64,000 nucleotides of DNA, taken from assembly GCF_009914755.1 (NCBI RefSeq), contig NC_060926.1; one strand, given 5' to 3'. Under the pieces are notes generated by a model. It worked only from the letters and a program-made list of their open reading frames with translations, did not search any database and was not told where the DNA came from. Within the stretch, counting starts at the first letter, position 1. Each line of letters begins with the position of its first letter. Positions 61,118 to 64,000 of the stretch are shown piece by piece. A program made the translations under genes and the position numbers. Source of the DNA: the human T2T-CHM13v2.0 reference genome, Homo sapiens.

Positions 61118-61358
61118 AGGTCTACTTAAAGTGTGGTCCAGAGAAATGCTGGTAAATTATTTGTTACCAGTCCATGACAATGTAAGAAGCTTGAGCCAGA
61201 ATCTGAAATACTTACATCAAGAAACTTCAGATGATTTTTTTCATAGCAACATTTTCTCATCGAAGAAATCAGTATATTGATTTACATTTTGGAGAGAGCA
61301 CCTTATCTGTTCACAGATCAGTAACAGTTTGCAGACCAGTACTTTGAATAACTGCTGG
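61118..61358. mobile_element. hAT-Charlie non-autonomous element
   Basis: ctacttaaagtgtggtcc ... gaccagtactttgaataactg imperfect terminal inverted repeats. Confidence 0.55.
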
Positions 61359-62922
61359 TACATAGCATAGTATACACTTTTACATTTTCGTTATGCAAAA
61401 TTAAAAAATAATTGTCTTAATGTGCACTTTCGTAGTTCTGTTAAGTACCTGAAGTTGCCTACAAATGAGAAATGGCAAATGGAGCCTTCTGAAGTGTTTG
61501 TTTTTCTTTTGAACAGCCAGAAAAATGAGCATAGGTCCAAAGGTGAAGGGGAATTAGATAGTGAGCCTGAAACAAATTTACTATCATCTACATCCTCTTT
61601 AAACTGTTTCCATCTGATTCTTCATGGAAAGCTGTTTGTGTTGGATGACCTAAGTGTCTTTGTATAAGATAAGCATTTGGTTCTTTTTATTTGGTGCACT
61701 TAGGAGGAGGCAATAAATAGCACTGTTAAATTTGTGAGGAATCAGTTCTAATTTTGGAGACCAACAATAAATTATAAGCCTAGTGATTTCCGCAAACCAT
61801 CTGCAAGGGATTAATTGTTGTAATTTGGAGGTTTGGGCCTATAGCTCCATTGTGATCATCTCTAGAAATCTCAGGGTGTATATGAGGCTTTCTGGAAGGA
61901 GGAAATATAATTAGCATATGTTTTGAGAACTGTGTTCACACCCAAAGTCTTCTCAAATAATGCTTTGATATTTTCAACTTTTTTCTTTGTATTTCCAATA
62001 GGGCCTATTTACTGCCTAAAAATGCCTAAAGAAGGATTTACTTTTCTGATTCACATGCATATGTTTTCCCTCCAGATTAGAAGTGCTACAAGTCATCTGG
62101 AGTGAGTTGTACACTTCAAAACATTCTGCACAATGAGCCAAACAAAAACAAAACTCACACTTCTAGAGGGGAAGAAAATGTAAGCCAAGAGAAACACAAT
62201 CAAAATGCAGAGTGTGCCAACAAGCCACACCTCGTCAGCTTGATGTTCTACTAAATTCCTTCTCCTTTGGGACTTATTTCTATAGAGACCATCTCTCTGT
62301 TCCATAACTAAAACTAGAAGTTGCTAGGAAACAGGCTTCTCAGGACACAACTGAAGGGGAGAGGCTGCTTCCTACCAAAAGGTATAGAAATCTGAAGCTA
62401 TTTCTGACATACATGCTATTGTTACAAAACCTGGATTCTCAGCACATCTATTTCACAGAGCCCAAGAGAGAATTTATTATGCATGTTCCTGTTTAGCCAC
62501 ACAGTATTAAATTTGTGACTTAACCTGAACCTCAAAAATCTTTTCCTGTTCTAGCATGGTGTTTCCTCTTTTCTTTCACTTCCTCTCCAAATGTATCATT
62601 TTACCTACTTTCATTTAATAGTATCCAAAAAATTGTTTTGCACATTTTCATGTTATTAATTACTCATTTGAAAGATTATTCCCAACACAGTATTGGTCCT
62701 ATTAAAGCACTGAAAATTTCCACATGGCTTGGAGTTACTGTGTTCAGAATTTTTATATCAAAATTGTTGTTGCTTCTTTTAAAAACAACCTGGTGGCTTT
62801 CACAGATATTAAAATAGTCCTTAACACTCTCCACGAAGTAGTAACTACCAAAGCAGCCCACTCATTCTTTATCTTGCCTTTAAAAGCAGTTGTTACCCTT
62901 TTCCCTTTCTTGTATTTCTAGC

Positions 62923-63340
62923 TGTGTTAGTGGCTCTATTAGGACCAACTGCAGGTACAAGAAAGCCTGCTGCTGACTTAAACCAAGAGAAGAACATTTT
63001 TTCCCACATATAACATGAACTTCAGAGTGCCAGTCCAAGATCTATTTTCTGCTCTGCCATCCATAGCTTTTTATTCTCTTGATTGATGCCTCATGATTGC
63101 TACATGGATGCAACAGCTCAAGAAATCGTGTCTTTTCACCAGAGTTCCAAGTACAAGAGAAGAGGAAGTTTAAAAGACTCTTCATGAAACTCTGGCTTTT
63201 CATTGGAAAGCAAAGTTCCCCCAAAGGTTTCCCATTAGATCTCATGGGCAAGAACCGAGTCACATGTCTACTTCTAGACTACTCAATGTTTGGATTAGCA
63301 TACAAGTTTAGACCTTTCCTGAGCCTGGGGGGGGCCTACC
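62923..63340 (-). mobile_element. Old MLT1 (J/K/L-like) LTR
   Basis: gcctcatgattgctacatggatgcaacagctc...ctcatgggcaagaaccgagtcacatg. Confidence 0.55.
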
Positions 63341-63601
63341 TGTCCTGAGATTGAGGACTTACTGCTCACAATGACCCTATCAGGGTTCTGACTACAGAGC
63401 GAAGGGGGCAGAAAATGGACCCTTGTGGGGTCTGGGATGCCAGGTCCTCATCCCTCTTTCCTGCTAGGGATAGAAATCTATTAGAAAATACAGTAAGAAG
63501 TGACAACATAGATGTAAGCAATCAATTTTATTCAGTTCTTTGGAAATGGCTAGAGGGGAAAATTGAGACCTCTTATCTCCCACCCTAAATCAAATTATAA
63601 A

Positions 63602-64000
63602 GGAACTTCCGCTTCAGGCCTTAATGAAGTAATTAGCACCAGACTAGCTTTCCCAATGTACATAACTGTAAAATTAGAAGTAGAAGTGGTTTTCAGACAT
63701 TGGAAAACAGATGGTATTAGACTATAATCTCAGAGAAAAGAGAAACTTATGAGGTGACTCTATGATCACCCAGATCTCAGATGGAGGACAATTTCCTGAG
63801 TGTAGAGCAAGAAGCTAGAGTCCATAGCAGTTCTGCTGAGCTTGGATACAGAGATCTGAGTCTGAGTCAACTGGAGTACTAGAATCTCCAGGCCAGGGCC
63901 CTGGAAAGAAAAGAGCTCTAGAAGGATGAGGGCCAGAAGTCCACAAAGGGGATCCCCTACAAATCTTGGCCAAGGTCTGGGGTGCACATGCTCAGAAAGA
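63602..64000 (+). mobile_element. Old L1M 5' end (L1MC/MD-type), running off the window
   Basis: gaacttccgcttc start; tggttttcagacattgga...gagaaaagagaaac. Confidence 0.5.

Overview
Primate, almost certainly human, genomic DNA; a 5'-truncated AluYa5 carries the Ya5 diagnostic bases. The window is AT-rich and CpG-poor, with no CpG island, and I recognise no protein-coding exon. It reads as a long intron or intergenic stretch, and an A-rich + strand weakly suggests a minus-strand host gene. Much of it is transposon-derived: about 20 Alus (J/S/Y/Ya5), L1s of several ages, L2, MIR, MaLR/ERVL solo LTRs (THE1B, MLT1, LTR33) and DNA transposons (near full-length Tigger1, two MER63, MER5A, Charlie-type). 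The ORF track entries are repeat-derived or chance. The most unusual observation is a 28-bp insert in an AluJ linker (41435-41462) that is a 27/28 reverse-complement copy of a MER63 element 1.7 kb away, a likely templated-repair scar. Other highlights are an internally deleted L1MA nested in MER5A, a zero-gap nested inverted Alu pair, and minus-strand recursive-splice-like motifs. Repeat subfamily calls come from remembered consensus features, and boundaries of old repeats are approximate. I found no evidence of a new gene system.
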